In this document: positions 51,774 to 63,953 of the stretch, one piece after another
Position numbering within the stretch: the first letter of the stretch is position 1
Layout: each line of letters begins with the position of its first letter
Assembly: GCF_001194135.2 (NCBI RefSeq)
Contig: NC_068992.1
Location: 15,390,805 to 15,454,804, forward strand
DNA: 64,000 nucleotides
From: Octopus bimaculoides
Taxonomy: Eukaryota
Direction: 5' to 3'
The notes under the pieces: model-generated
What the model was told of the DNA's origin: nothing
The model's database searches: none
Seen by the model: the letters and a program-made list of their open reading frames with translations, nothing else
Translations under genes and position numbers: made by a program

Positions 51774-52232
51774 TATGTACGTATCTATGTACGTCTGTAT
51801 GTACCTATATGTTATACATATGCGTAACTGATGTACATATATTTGTTTAGAATACGCAAATACACACAAAAAACACATCGCGCATATAGTTATTATATAA
51901 AAAAAGATAAACGTTTATATTTTTGGATTCGTACGTATGAACACAAAACAGTTTTGGTATGAAAGAGATAAAAGTTATCTTTCCATACGCATCATAGTTG
52001 AATCATAATGTGTAGAATATTTGCTAAGTTGACCAAATTTTACATCGCTGCCATTTCTAAGGGTATGGTCGACACCCACACTCATATCTAAATATAAAAT
52101 AGGGTGTTGGAGTTTGTGTACGTCTGGTTGAATATGCTTTTTTAAGGTACGTTTAGTTAAGATAGATATATAATCAAAATACACAAATAACTATATTATA
52201 ATGTTTTTAAAGTGAACTCTGCAATAGCCGTA

Positions 52233-52443
52233 TACAAGGGATGAGAAAAAATGTTCTTGGCTTTAAGGGTTTCACAAAATGCCTAGTTGGAGGGCCAACC
52301 ATCCGAGTCTTTTTACAGGTCTTAGAAAAACGGAAGGACGGGTGTAATAAGTGTGTGAATCTGAGTGGGAGATATGTTGAATAAAATTATAATGAAGTGG
52401 TTCTCTTGAATTACTAAAAGCCAGGCAATTTTCAACACCCCTG

Positions 52444-52446
<3 letters not shown>
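52233..52446 (+). mobile_element. mariner-derived MITE
   Basis: ~30 bp imperfect TIRs (TACAAGGGATGAGAAAAAATGTTCTTGGCTTT ... AAAGCCAGGCAATTTTCAACACCCCTGG). Internal [24 protein letters not shown] resembles the mariner transposase C-terminus. Confidence 0.8.
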
Positions 52447-52476
<30 letters not shown>

Positions 52477-52477
52477 C

Positions 52478-52562
<85 letters not shown>

Positions 52563-52664
52563 TAAATACACACACGTGTGTGTGCGTGCGAGTGTGTTTG
52601 TGTCTGTATACATGTATATGTGTATATATATATGTATGTATATGTGTATATATATATATATGTA

Positions 52665-52711
<47 letters not shown>

Positions 52712-53017
52712 TATTGTTCCGTGATGGTACATATATACATATATATACATATATTTGGATACATACATAAATATAAATGTATATATACATATATATATAA
52801 GCATACTACATAAATATATATATATATATATATGCATATGTGCAGATGTATGTGTGCGCGCTTGTGCACGCGTGTATGCGTGTATGTGTGTGTGTATATA
52901 GAGAGTGTGGGAAGTTAATGAAAAGAAAGCAGCCAACACAGATTGGCAAGTTTTAAAAATATTGTGCTAGAGTAGTCTTTGTTAATAAACACTGTTCCTT
53001 TATCACAACAAAAGTAT

Positions 53018-53382
53018 GTGTTGTTGTTGGCACTCCCTCGCTTACGACGTCGAGGGTTCCAGTTGATCCGATCAACAGAACAGCCTGCTCGTGAAATTAA
53101 CGTGCAAGTGGCTGAGCACTCCACAGACACGTGTACCCGTAACGTAGTTCTCGGGGATATTCAGCGTGACACAGCGTGACAAGGCTGACCCTTTGAATTA
53201 CAGGTACAACAGAAAACAGGAAGTAAGAGTACAGCAGGGTTCACCGCCATCCCCTGCCGGAGCCTCGTGGAGCTTTAGGTGTTTTCGCTCAATAAACACT
53301 CACAACGCCCGGTCTGAGAATCGAAACCGCGATCCTATGACTGCGAGTCCGCTGCCCTAACCACTGGGCCATTGCGCCTCCA
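53018..53382 (-). mobile_element. Full-length tRNA-derived SINE (group C, tail A) with exact 14 bp TSD
   Basis: Reverse complement of the 11230 copy with a ~20 bp internal deletion. TSD CACAACAAAAGTAT at 53004-53017 and 53383-53396. Confidence 0.93.
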
Positions 53383-54630
53383 CACAACAAAAGTATAGAA
53401 GGAAGCAAACGAGAAATGTGAAAGAGGAAACGTAATTGAGAAGAGTAAGAGTGGCTACGAAAGGCGACTGTCTATGCGCCAGGTGAGAACGAGGTTCTGT
53501 ATAGCGGAGTTAAAAAGGAGGAACGTATCCTTTTTTGAGATGGCAGAATTTCTGTCTGTATGGTTTGTAGTGTGCGTATATGTGTACCTGTATGTACAGG
53601 TACAGTGGCAAAGGAGCGTGGTTTAGTGTGAATGTGGGATGTTGGTGAGTGCCATCGTTGATTCTATGAAAGTTAAACGTAGACGTACGGAGACGAAAGC
53701 GGGTGAGCGTGTGAGTTAAAAGGGAAGGAGAGAGGAATGTAAGGGATTTGGAGTATATCTAGGGGTATATGTGTGAGAGAGTGTAATATGGAAGTTATGT
53801 ACAAGAAGGAAAAATAGGGTTCAATACATGTCCAACAAAAAGATGTTTGCTCTGTGAGGGAAGAAAATTAGTGAGGTACGTAGAGGCGTAAGAAGAATGT
53901 GGTAGAGGTGAATGTAAAACGTATAAACGAAGATGGGGAGGAAAACAGAAAAGCAAAACAAGAAAAAGGAGAAAAATTTTTTAAATGGAAAAGCGAGTTC
54001 AAGGAGAGAAAATTATAATAAATATGATAAATATAAGCTTTTAACATTAAAGGGATTCTTTTACTTGATCATACACAGCATGCAAATAGTTTTGTTTTTC
54101 TTTTTCACCTTTCGTTCACCACGAAGACAAAAGACAGAAAACCGCTTGTCTTGGAATATATCAGCTACATATCTCCTAAGTCTCAGCCCACTGGGATTGC
54201 ATATGCAACATTAATGGCAATAAATTCTCTCATTTCCGTTTAACTGCAGTCAAATCACCAATCTTAGGCAAAAAAAAAAAAACAAGAAAACAGGTTCGTG
54301 TTAGCTGACATAATATGAACGCAGATTTCCGAATGAGAGAGGTCAAACGATTTGAGAAAGCAAGATAACGCAACTGGTGTTGGAAAATGCTGCTATTCGT
54401 TGCTACGCCATCAGAACTTTATCAGAAAGTGCATATATGCGTGTATACAGGAAGCGTTAATCTTAATATTCTGCTTGATTTGTTCGTTTCATTCCAGCTC
54501 TGGCTACTAAAAATCTTTGATTTATCACCTATCAACAAGTCGATAACAAAAACAAGTGAAAGAAGCAAAGAGAGAAATGAAGAAGGAAAGAGGGGAAGGA
54601 AAGAAGAAGGAAAGAATATTTATTGTTAAG

Positions 54631-54684
54631 CAACATTTATCAAAATACTTCTCTCGGAATTTTGCGGCACCATTCTATCCAAAG
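54631..54684 (+). other. Candidate exon (54 bp, phase 0-0)
   Basis: tttattgttaag|CAA...AAG|gtaagt; QHLSKYFSRNFAAPFYPK. Acceptor is weak. Confidence 0.25.
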
Positions 54685-55475
54685 GTAAGTAGTAACATTT
54701 GTCAAAATGACAGACACATTCTCAACAAAAAAAAAGCAAACAGATAATTTTAAAATACGTAAAACGGAAACATTAATTTTTTTTTTTTTTTTTTAGATAT
54801 ATATAGAATAAATGACCCTTCCTAAAGTTAGTGACCATGAAATGAAATTGAGAGATCAGACAGACTGGGTAACATATCGAATAAAATCCCATGCAGCATA
54901 TATGTCTCCTTGCCCCCTCGTGTTCAAAATATGGTAGGGACGATTTTGAAATTCCATCTTATCCAGGATTATAAAATCACATACAGGTACAGCATCTATG
55001 TTCCAGAACCAAAGGTACTGGAATCCAAAGGTGGGTGGGGGTCTGAACCAAAGTTATAAAACTTAAATAAAGGTTTCTGTGCAATAATAAAAATTAACAC
55101 GGATTATAAGAGGATTAAGACCAACGTTAAACCGTACTTGATTTTGTGGCTGCTGCGAAATCATATCTGGTCGAGTATTCCTATGATGAAAGACATTCTA
55201 AATATGGCCTTCCTTGTCAGCTTATATAGCTAGGAGCCCTAGATAAAAGTGACCTTCCGTTTTTTATTTTAAGGAGGGAGGATTTGATTTGAAGGAAGAT
55301 TTGACTGCTATTTTTAGCAGGCAGTGGTTCAGGCGATGACTTACACAAGTAGCTACTGTTGTTGTTGTTGTTTCGCCCCAGTTTAACCCTGACCGAGCAT
55401 ACAATCCTTTTTATTACCTATTGTGCCCCTAGTTTAAAATAAAAGTTGGGAGCAAATGGCACATAGCTGCTCTGT

Positions 55476-55808
55476 TTAGTAGTAGTAGTAGTAGTAGTAA
55501 CAATAGCAGTAGTAGTAGCGGTAGTAGTAACAATAGCAGCTGTTATAGTAGTAGTAGTAGTAACAATAGCAGTCGTGGTAGTAGTAACAAAAGCAACTGT
55601 TATAGTAGTAGTAGTAATAGTAACAATAGCAGCTATAGTAGTAGTAGTAGTAATAGTAGTAGTAGTAGTAACAATAGCAGTAGTGGTAGTAGTAACAAAA
55701 GCAGCTGTTATAGTAGTAGTAGTAATAGTAACAATAGCAGCTATAGTAGTAGTAGTAGTAATAGTAGTAGTAGTAACAATAGCAGCTGTTATAGTAGTAG
55801 CAGTAGTA
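55476..55808. repeat. (TAG/TAA)-based compound repeat with 108 bp higher-order duplication
   Basis: GTGGTAGTAGTAACAAAAGC starts at 55575 and 55683. Confidence 0.9.
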
Positions 55809-58750
55809 AGTCATACACTTACTGTTCGCCAGCGATGGCATTAAAACTTGCTTCACTAATTTTGCTTGCACTAGATATCTTTCAATAAATTTTCAAAGGG
55901 AATTCCAAGATTATCTAAGCAAAGTCTTATCTACACAACATAAGAACGAACCAATTTTTGGAAATTAATCAAAGATTGACTTCTTTCGATCGTTCTTGTC
56001 TTTATCTCATTCTCTGACTTCCATTCTGTTTCATCTCTCTCTCTTTGCTCTCCTGTCTCTCTCCCTCATGTCCCTTCTCACTTTTTCTCTCACACCCTCT
56101 CTAAACCTCTCTCCTTTTCTTACGTGTTCTCTATCTCTCCCACGCCTTCTACCCCCCCCCCCCTCTTTTACTCACTCTTTATTTGTTCCAAACTTTCTCC
56201 TTCTCACTGTCATCTTTTAACTGCGTATTTCCTCTATTCCTCTCTGTCGCTCTCACTTTCTTTTTGCTGCACACTCTTTAGTTAACAATGTTGCACTACA
56301 TGAAACGCATTGCCCGACATATATTTGCGTTTTGCGATGTTAGATTTAGTGTTCAAATAAAACACCCACTTGATAGTGTGCAGCTACCGTTTTTCTAGTA
56401 CCTTTTATACTGATGGATAATATGCCAGCTATGCAAGCTAAATAAATGAAAATGTACAAGAGGCGACTGCAACTTCTATCAAGTTTCTTCACTAATAATA
56501 CAATGAACACAGAAACCGATGTCCAAGCTACCAGACGATGAGAAGGTAAGCATCTATGCGGTCGGTCCACTTGCTAGAAATAACTGCAGAATTTTATTCA
56601 AAACTCGCTATGCAGCATTTTCTAAAAGGAAACCTTGGATAATCCTAGCTTGGTGAGCCTAGCTTCATTTTATCCATGAACATGCAGGATTCAAGGCAGA
56701 TATACTTTAAACATAGCTTTGAAAATTCAAAGGTGACCTCTGATGAATCAAACTGACCTAAGCCTAAGCAACAACAGCAGTAACATTAACAAGGGGGATA
56801 TGAACGCATTATGACAAATTTGTGTTCCATACTTGAGGGTTTCACAAAATAAATTGCTAGTTTTTCAGATTTCTGCTTGTCTAGTACGTGACGAAGTGAG
56901 GCTCCTTGAAAACTGAAGAAATTACACTATGGAAGATCCACTTTGACCAGTGTGTGTGATTAGGTCTCCGTCATGCGATGGAAATTTCTTCACCGTATGA
57001 AATAAATGAAAATGTGATTTTCATAGTATGTGCATGTCATTAAATTATCAAGTATTTCCAGATTTCTGTGAAGGTAATTATGGAATAGACGAAAATAAAG
57101 AGTAGGACAGGAGGGTGAGCCCACAGCAGTCATTTGATTTTAGGGTCTCCTACCTATAATCCAAACATTGTATTTGTTTACAGTGCGTTAAACCTCCTAG
57201 AATAAATTGTTTCAGTCTATTTTTTTTATGGTAAGACGTCTGTGGTTCAGATTGCAGACAGTATATATTAGTTGTTTTGTGCAATTACTTGTTGAATGTA
57301 AACCTTACCATGCACAGATATCTACAGGCATATGTACATCCTCTCCTTCTATGAGAGATCTCCATTTCTTTGCTATATTTCTTTTATTCATATTTATTCT
57401 TTTTTTCTGAAAGCTACAATTGTATTGTTATAAAAAAAAAGTGTATGAAGTAACGATTTCTAGTTGCTCTTTAGAAACAGAGAAACCTTATTTTTAAGAT
57501 ATGAGAAACTGTGAAATGTGTTCTTACGATTTAACATGAGAATGATTGGTGGCAGTAATGGGAAGTCAAAAGAGAATTGTATAAATTCTGCCAACTCTGA
57601 GATAAAAATATGTTTTTAACTCGTTTACACGAATCGAAATACCAGGCTTCACAACGTCCACTTCACATATTTTATCCAGTTATAAATGAACAAAGAATAC
57701 AACTTCCGGTTAAAAGAATGTTGACTATCTAATCAACGGTGGTTCTAAATACTCTCGGTCACGCCACTTAATCACTTAATCGCCTTTAAAGCCATTTATA
57801 AAGCTACAGATAAACACTTCGTGTAGAAACCGCACAAACGTTTTTATGAATGTAGGTACTGACTTAGTATTCGGTGATTCACAACATTGATTTCATATTC
57901 TCGTTTAGACTTAACATCTAGAGCAAAACTTCAACACTGCTGTTGTATTTAAGACTTTCCATTTCATTTAACCATCTTGTTACAAGACAGTCTACGTAAA
58001 TGAGTTAACTAAACATTATTAGCATCGTTGGAGATACACATTCCGTAAATTGTTAGAAATAAATAAGAAAAATAAAAAAAACAGCTTCCTTGTCACTGTT
58101 GCGTGAAATAAAGTAAGTTCTACCATTTACAAAATTTACAGCATTTACAATAGACATCTCTGTCCAAGACATACTGAATGTTATCTAAAAATACCAAACC
58201 GTACATCCAGTCCGTTTTATTTCTTTACATTGCAATTCTTGGTAATACAAATAATCACCAGCTTAAAGAATTTTCTAACGACGTCTAAATGATTAAGTGA
58301 CCATCACAAATTTGCTATCAATAAATAAAACAGAAAATAAACAGAGCTCTTTTACGAATATGATGTTTCCTTGTATCACAATTCTGCATAATATATTTTC
58401 CTTTTTGCTTTATTTATTACATATAATGAGAATCGTCATTATAGAAACAGACAGCCATTACAATATCTGGCAGACATTACAGAACGGACAGAGTTTCTTA
58501 AGCATTTATTTATCTACTGAATTATTGTGTGTGTGTGAGTGTGTGTGTGTGCGTGAGTGTTTGTAGCTGTTACTTTGATAATTTCATTACTGACGATTAA
58601 AACAAATACTTCACAATCGTCCTAATGTCAATCTCATTCATTACATATTATAGGCAATAAATTATGTTATGTCGGCAAGGAGGGGAATTCCATACATACA
58701 TACATACATACACACATGTATATATATAAAAACTTGCATACATACATGTC

Positions 58751-58788
<38 letters not shown>

Positions 58789-58858
58789 ATATACTTTTCG
58801 TAATGAGATAAAAATAAAATCAAGGCTGAGTATAATATAGAACAGTTATAAATCCAAT

Positions 58859-58906
58859 GTCTTACAGCTGTTTCCAGGATATTTATTATATCTCTTCCTC
58901 GGAGAC
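58859..58906 (-). ncRNA. Minimal type I hammerhead-like motif, mirror copy
   Basis: Reverse complement GTCT-CCGAGGA-AGAGATAT-AATAA-ATATCCT-G-GAAAC-AGCT-GTA-AGAC. Confidence 0.55.
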
Positions 58907-59018
58907 GTTGTGAGAGGATGATTAAGTTTAGTTAAGATAGGAAATATAGATATATATTTCCTATCTTATATTTTCTATCTTAACTAAACTAACTATTGTT
59001 TAATCATCCTCTCACACC

Positions 59019-59066
59019 GTCTCCGATGAAGGAATATAATAATCATCCTGGAAACAGCTGTAAGAC
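59019..59066 (+). ncRNA. Minimal type I hammerhead ribozyme-like motif (variant core)
   Basis: GTCT-CCGATGA-[AGGA..TCCT stem II]-G-GAAAC-AGCT-GTA-AGAC. Stem I is GTCT/AGAC, loop III is palindromic, the triplet is GUA. U4 is C and an extra G precedes GAAA. Confidence 0.6.
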
Positions 59067-59273
59067 ATTCGATTTATAAATGTTCTATATTATACCTACC
59101 CTTGGTTATTTATCTCATGACGAAAAGTATATCCGATATTCACACGTTGATTTATGACCTGCGTTGGACCCTTTATTTACCGAACCTGGAGCTTAACTGG
59201 TCTAGCCATAGCACTTACTCAGCATTCCCTGAAACCAACATCTGGGTCTAACTGACACCACTATCGCTCATAA

Positions 59274-59323
<50 letters not shown>

Positions 59324-59539
59324 TACATATATATAATTGAAGAATTGAGAGTTAGAGAGTTAGAGAGTTGGTAAGGATATGCTGCCAGTATGTAAATAAA
59401 TTAATTCTATATCCTTCCCAATTCTCCATTCTTCTTCTTGAATCATATTTATATTTATAATTATCCCATATATATCGAAGAGATATTCCTCAACAGTGTT
59501 GGAGATTAAACCAGTGAAATTTCGGATATTAGAGAGAGG

Positions 59540-59592
<53 letters not shown>

Positions 59593-60164
59593 AGAGAGAG
59601 AGAGAAGGGAAAAGATGTAGAGAGAATACAACTTGTATAGAGTTCAAAAGTTGACAGTTCAAACGAGCTATCTGTACATTTGATGGGTTGTGTGGTTATT
59701 AGAATCATCAAGACTTTCGAAGAATTCATCCGTTTGATGGGGCTAGTGGTGATATATATGTATATAAATATCTTTAAAACAAATTTCATACGGAGTAAAA
59801 AACTTTTACTTTCTAAGCAAAGTCGGATCAAATGTTAACCAAGATAAATACTTTTAATCAATTTCCTCGTGGCAATGATTCTGCATCAAATCAGCCACAG
59901 TTTCCCAAGAATTAGAAATATTATCAGTTCGCAATCAAGCATACCATAATGTGTTTTATCACACGGATTGGAGTGAATGCCATTGAAGTAATCAGTTGTT
60001 CGATACTGACAATTTGTCTGTGATTTCTTGGAATTCTGCAAGCTAAATATCGTTTATCAATTTACTCTGCTTTAAATGAATAACTTCACTTCTAAGAACT
60101 CTTCAACTTTGAACGCTGTAAATATGGTACGCTGGTATGCTGATATATGTATTGATGTTGTGTC

Positions 60165-60470
60165 GGGGGGGCACATGGCCTAGTAGCTAGAGCAGCGGAC
60201 TCGCGGTCGAGGGATTGCGGGTTCCAATCTCAGACTGGGAGATGTGTGTGTTTATGAGCGAAGCACCTAAACTCCACGCCGCTTCGGCAGAAGGTAACGA
60301 CGAACTTCTGCTGACTCTTTTGCCACAACTTTCACTCTTTCCACCTACATCGAACAGCTCACCTACGATGGACCGGCGTCCCGTCCAGGTGGGGGACTTA
60401 TACGCCAATGAAACCGGGGACACCTGGCCTTATGAGCCAGGTATAGCTCAAAAAGGAACAGGTAACAGCA
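60165..60470 (+). mobile_element. tRNA-derived SINE, group C head and body with a different 3' tail (tail B)
   Basis: Head GGGGGCACATGGCCTAGTAGCTAGAGCAGCGGACTCGCGGTCG and the body match the 11230 copy as far as CCACAACTTTC. It then switches to CGATGGACCGGCGTCCCGTCCAGG...GGCCTTATGAGCC. Confidence 0.85.
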
Positions 60471-60573
60471 TATACATACATACATATATATACACATATA
60501 TATGTACAGAGATAGATAGGATACACAAATTTATGTGCATGCATATATATGTATGTATAATATATGTATATCT

Positions 60574-60611
<38 letters not shown>

Positions 60612-61489
60612 NNNNNNNNNNNNNNNNNNNNNNNNNNNNNNNNNNNNNNNNNNNNNNNNNNNNNNNNNNNNNNNNNNNNNNNNNNNNNNNNNNNNNNNNN
60701 NNNNNNNNNNNGACAGACAGACAGACAGACAGACAGACAGATAGATATGGAAATGTGATTGACAAGTTAATTTTTTATCAAACGATAATCTCTATAATAC
60801 AAATTTTAAATTGACATATCAGAAAATACGTCATTTCCAAATAATGTCTATTCTGTTTTTTCTTTGTTTCTTTTTTCTGTTGTTACGATAAGAAGAATGT
60901 TACATTTTATTATGTACGGCGTGGAATAATTTGTCATAGCGAATTTCTTGCCTCACTTAATAAGTTTTTTTCGAATTCTTAACTATGTCATTTGTTGTTA
61001 ATTTAATTAACTGTTATTTATGCTTCCGTAATTTCCAATCGCTATTTCCTTCGTCACATTTCTTTTTGTTTTCTACAATTTTATCTTAAAATTACATGGT
61101 GCTGTACATAGCTTCGAGATGTTGCAATTTTAATTATTCTTATTTGATTGTAGGTGTACATATTCTCATGTACGTTATATTTATAGACAACGGACATGAC
61201 AATCGATAAATGAGTCGATGGTGAAATCTATAGGCGGTCACATAAACTGCTAGAAATATCACTCGGTTCAGATCTCTCATAAATCATATTCAAACGTCTG
61301 AAATAATGAGGAATACATTGGACAACATAGTTTGCGGTTTACGTAAAGACGACATCGTGGTCGTAGGAAATATTTATTGATCTAATCGATTATATCTCAT
61401 CTGATTTTAAACAATGACAACATAAAAAAGAAAAACATGAACAAAAATAACTAATATTCGATATAATTATCCCTTATTTTTTCCTCCCA

Positions 61490-61680
61490 TTTCAGTCATT
61501 AGACTGTGGCCATGTTGGGGCACAGCCTTGAAGAATCTTTATTCGAAAGAATCAATCCCAGTACTTATTTTTTAAGGCATGTTCTTACTCTATCTGGCTT
61601 GCTGCCAAACCGCTAAGTTATGGGGACGTAAACACACCAACAACGGTTGTCAAGTAGTAATGCGGGACAAACACCGGCAC
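61490..61680 (-). mobile_element. Group B SINE tail
   Basis: GACTGTGGCCATGTTGGGGCAC...CCCAGTACTTA...CCGCTAAGTTATGGGGACGTAAACACACCAAC..CGGTTGTCAAG. Confidence 0.75.
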
Positions 61681-62582
61681 GCACCATACATGCATACTTA
61701 GATACGTACGTACACACATACATACATACGTCTGTACATACATATATACATACAAGCATACGTACTACGTACATACATGCATACATACATACATACGTAC
61801 TACGTACATACATGCATACATACATACATACATACGTATGCACATACATACTACGTGCGTGCTTGCTTACATACATACATACAGTAAATTATTAGTGTAA
61901 CATGAATGGAGTCTCGAGAAGTATTAAAATCTTTCCATTTAACAAGTATAGTATCTTTACACCATCTTTGAAAAATATTCTAAGTGAACGTTAACAGTGT
62001 GAACTTAACACTCTGCCATCTTGTATATTAAGGTTCATACAGTGCTAGAACGTTGTTACAATTCTAAGAATGAGAATGAAATCAAACGAAATTAAGTTTC
62101 TCACTAATGAACAAGCGCAGAATATCATCGTTAAAATCAGAATTACACATAACGGAAATATGAAGTCAGAATCCAGAGAAAATACAGATGCATACAGTAG
62201 TCCATTTAATATGACGCTCTTACTATTTTACTGTTTTAGAAACCTGTTATTATTCTTCTATCGGAAAAGATTTTATGACATTCATGCTTTTCTCAAATGC
62301 TTTATCATCAGTTGTGAAATCAATTGATTTCAATCGTGAATCGAAACCTAGTTGAGAACGCTACACTTCAGAAGTTTATTTCCTGAGTTTGCCACAATCC
62401 GTTTTTATATTATTTTACGATATAAAATGTGGGTTAAGATGAACTGCGGCACTTGATTATTTATACAATCCTGAAGGGTACAAATGATGCAATTAGTTTG
62501 AATTATTTTCTACCGGGTATTGAAAAAGAGTCAAACCGTCTACCGCATGGGCTTAGGAGTTCACTACTATACATCATTATAA

Positions 62583-62772
62583 TTGATTTCAAATTTTGGC
62601 ACAAGGTCAACAGTTTTTGAGAGGACAGGCGAAGTCGATTATGTTGACCTCCAGTGTTCAACTAGTACTTAATTCATCGACCACGAAAGGATGAAAGGCA
62701 AAGTCAACCTCGGCGGAATTTGAACTCAGAACGTAAAGACAGACGAAATGACGTTAATGCATTTTAAGCGTC
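62583..62772 (-). mobile_element. Group A SINE
   Basis: TTGATTTCAAATTTTGGCACAAGG...GAAAGGATGAAAGGCAAAGTCAACCTCGGCGGAATTTGAACTCAGAACGTAAAGAC. Confidence 0.9.
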
Positions 62773-62790
62773 GTATATATACAAATATAC

Positions 62791-62843
<53 letters not shown>

Positions 62844-62861
62844 TTTTCATTTAGTTGTATT

Positions 62862-63035
62862 TGTCACTCACCACCGCTCGACAACGGATGTTTGTTTACA
62901 GCTGCGTAACTTAGCAGTTCGGCATAAGGGATCGATAGAATAAGTACTAAACTTTGGAAATAAAATACGTGCTAAACCAGTCAAGGCGGTTCCCCACCAT
63001 ATCTGCTATCCAATAACTGAAACAAATAAAAGGGG
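62862..63035 (+). mobile_element. Group B SINE tail
   Basis: CCACCGCTCGACAAC...GTAACTTAGCAGTTCGGCA...GATAGAATAAGTACT...AAGGCGGT...ACTGAAACAAATAAAAG, following a (TG)n run. Confidence 0.75.
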
Positions 63036-63953
63036 AAAGGTAAATAGTTTAATATTTTATATTCAAATTAATTCTTAGAACAACAGAATGAGGATTCTAC
63101 AAGTCCCACCAGATCGAAATGATTCTGTGTTGCCTCACATATTTCCCCGTATTTGGTAGCAGTTTAAGACAAGCAACTCCTATCCACTTCAACAAATGCT
63201 CCATATTTAATTCATTTAATGACAGCGATAATTCAAATTAATGCGCAGATGTTTTCTGTTCAATGATTATATGTCACAGAATTTCATTAAAAGTATATTA
63301 ATCGCTCCAAATCACATAAACAATGTAAATTATTGATCTGTATTTCATAAAGTAGAATTAATTAACATCTAAAATAGAGGTTTTCGAAAGTATATTTTAA
63401 AATAAATTCCGTTCATCGATTAATTTCTGAAGCTGCTTATTTCATTTTTTTTTCATTTTTTTTTCTATTTTTCAGTATAATAATTACCCACATAATATAT
63501 TTGAAAATCCTATGTAGAGTCAGCATTTAATTATATTATCGAGAAATGTTTTCTATTGGTGCATATTTTGTTGAGACACTGAGGCTGATCAAACTTTGAC
63601 CGATATATCCACAATCATTAGAATTAACGCGATGTCGTCTTATCGACGAATTTTCGTCATACTCTCAATCAACAACAGTTCAAACTAAACTTCAAAGTTG
63701 AATGCTGGATAATCGCCCAGTGACTTTATGATTTCAATATATTTCGTTTCTGAATAAAATTTTGTCCTTCAAAAGAGTCACGCTATAATTTTATGATTCT
63801 TTAATTGGAATCGATTAACATGCTTGATTTATGCTTGATTTCGGAAATCAAATAGCTCTTTAATTCGAAAGTAGTAAATTTGGAAAATGAAAATCGAAGA
63901 CATTGAATTTTCAGTTAAATACACAATTATTCCAATCCGCTTACTAATATTAT

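Larger units (their letters stand above)
58787..59134. repeat. 348 bp imperfect palindrome (inverted duplication of a probable Penelope-type terminus)
   Basis: Ends GGATATACTTTTCGTAATGAGATAAA ... TTTATCTCATGACGAAAAGTATATCC. The arms pair along their length (e.g. GTCTTACAGCTGTTTCCAGGAT vs ATCCTGGAAACAGCTGTAAGAC). Confidence 0.95.

Noticed and set aside
53400-53900. Purine-rich block possibly a decayed PLE 3' region on the minus strand
   Set aside because: Only a vague resemblance from memory; no clear GIY-YIG motif in translation.
55476-55871. Tyr/Cys-rich ORF resembling a structural protein
   Set aside because: It is the translation of the TAG/TAA compound repeat.
3741-56546. Micro-exon candidates (13 bp near 3741, 19 bp at 27832-27850, 33 bp ending 56546) with AG/GT signals
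   Set aside because: Too short to distinguish from chance splice-like motifs in 64 kb without RNA data.
1191-60814. Long ORFs (100-420 aa) rich in YI/TH/CV or X
   Set aside because: They are translations of (TA)n/(CA)n microsatellites and N gaps (1478-1769, 8329-9168, 16715-17017, 25580-25953, 29322-29337, 31739-32250, 34124-34552, 45612-46014, 60612-60711), not genes.
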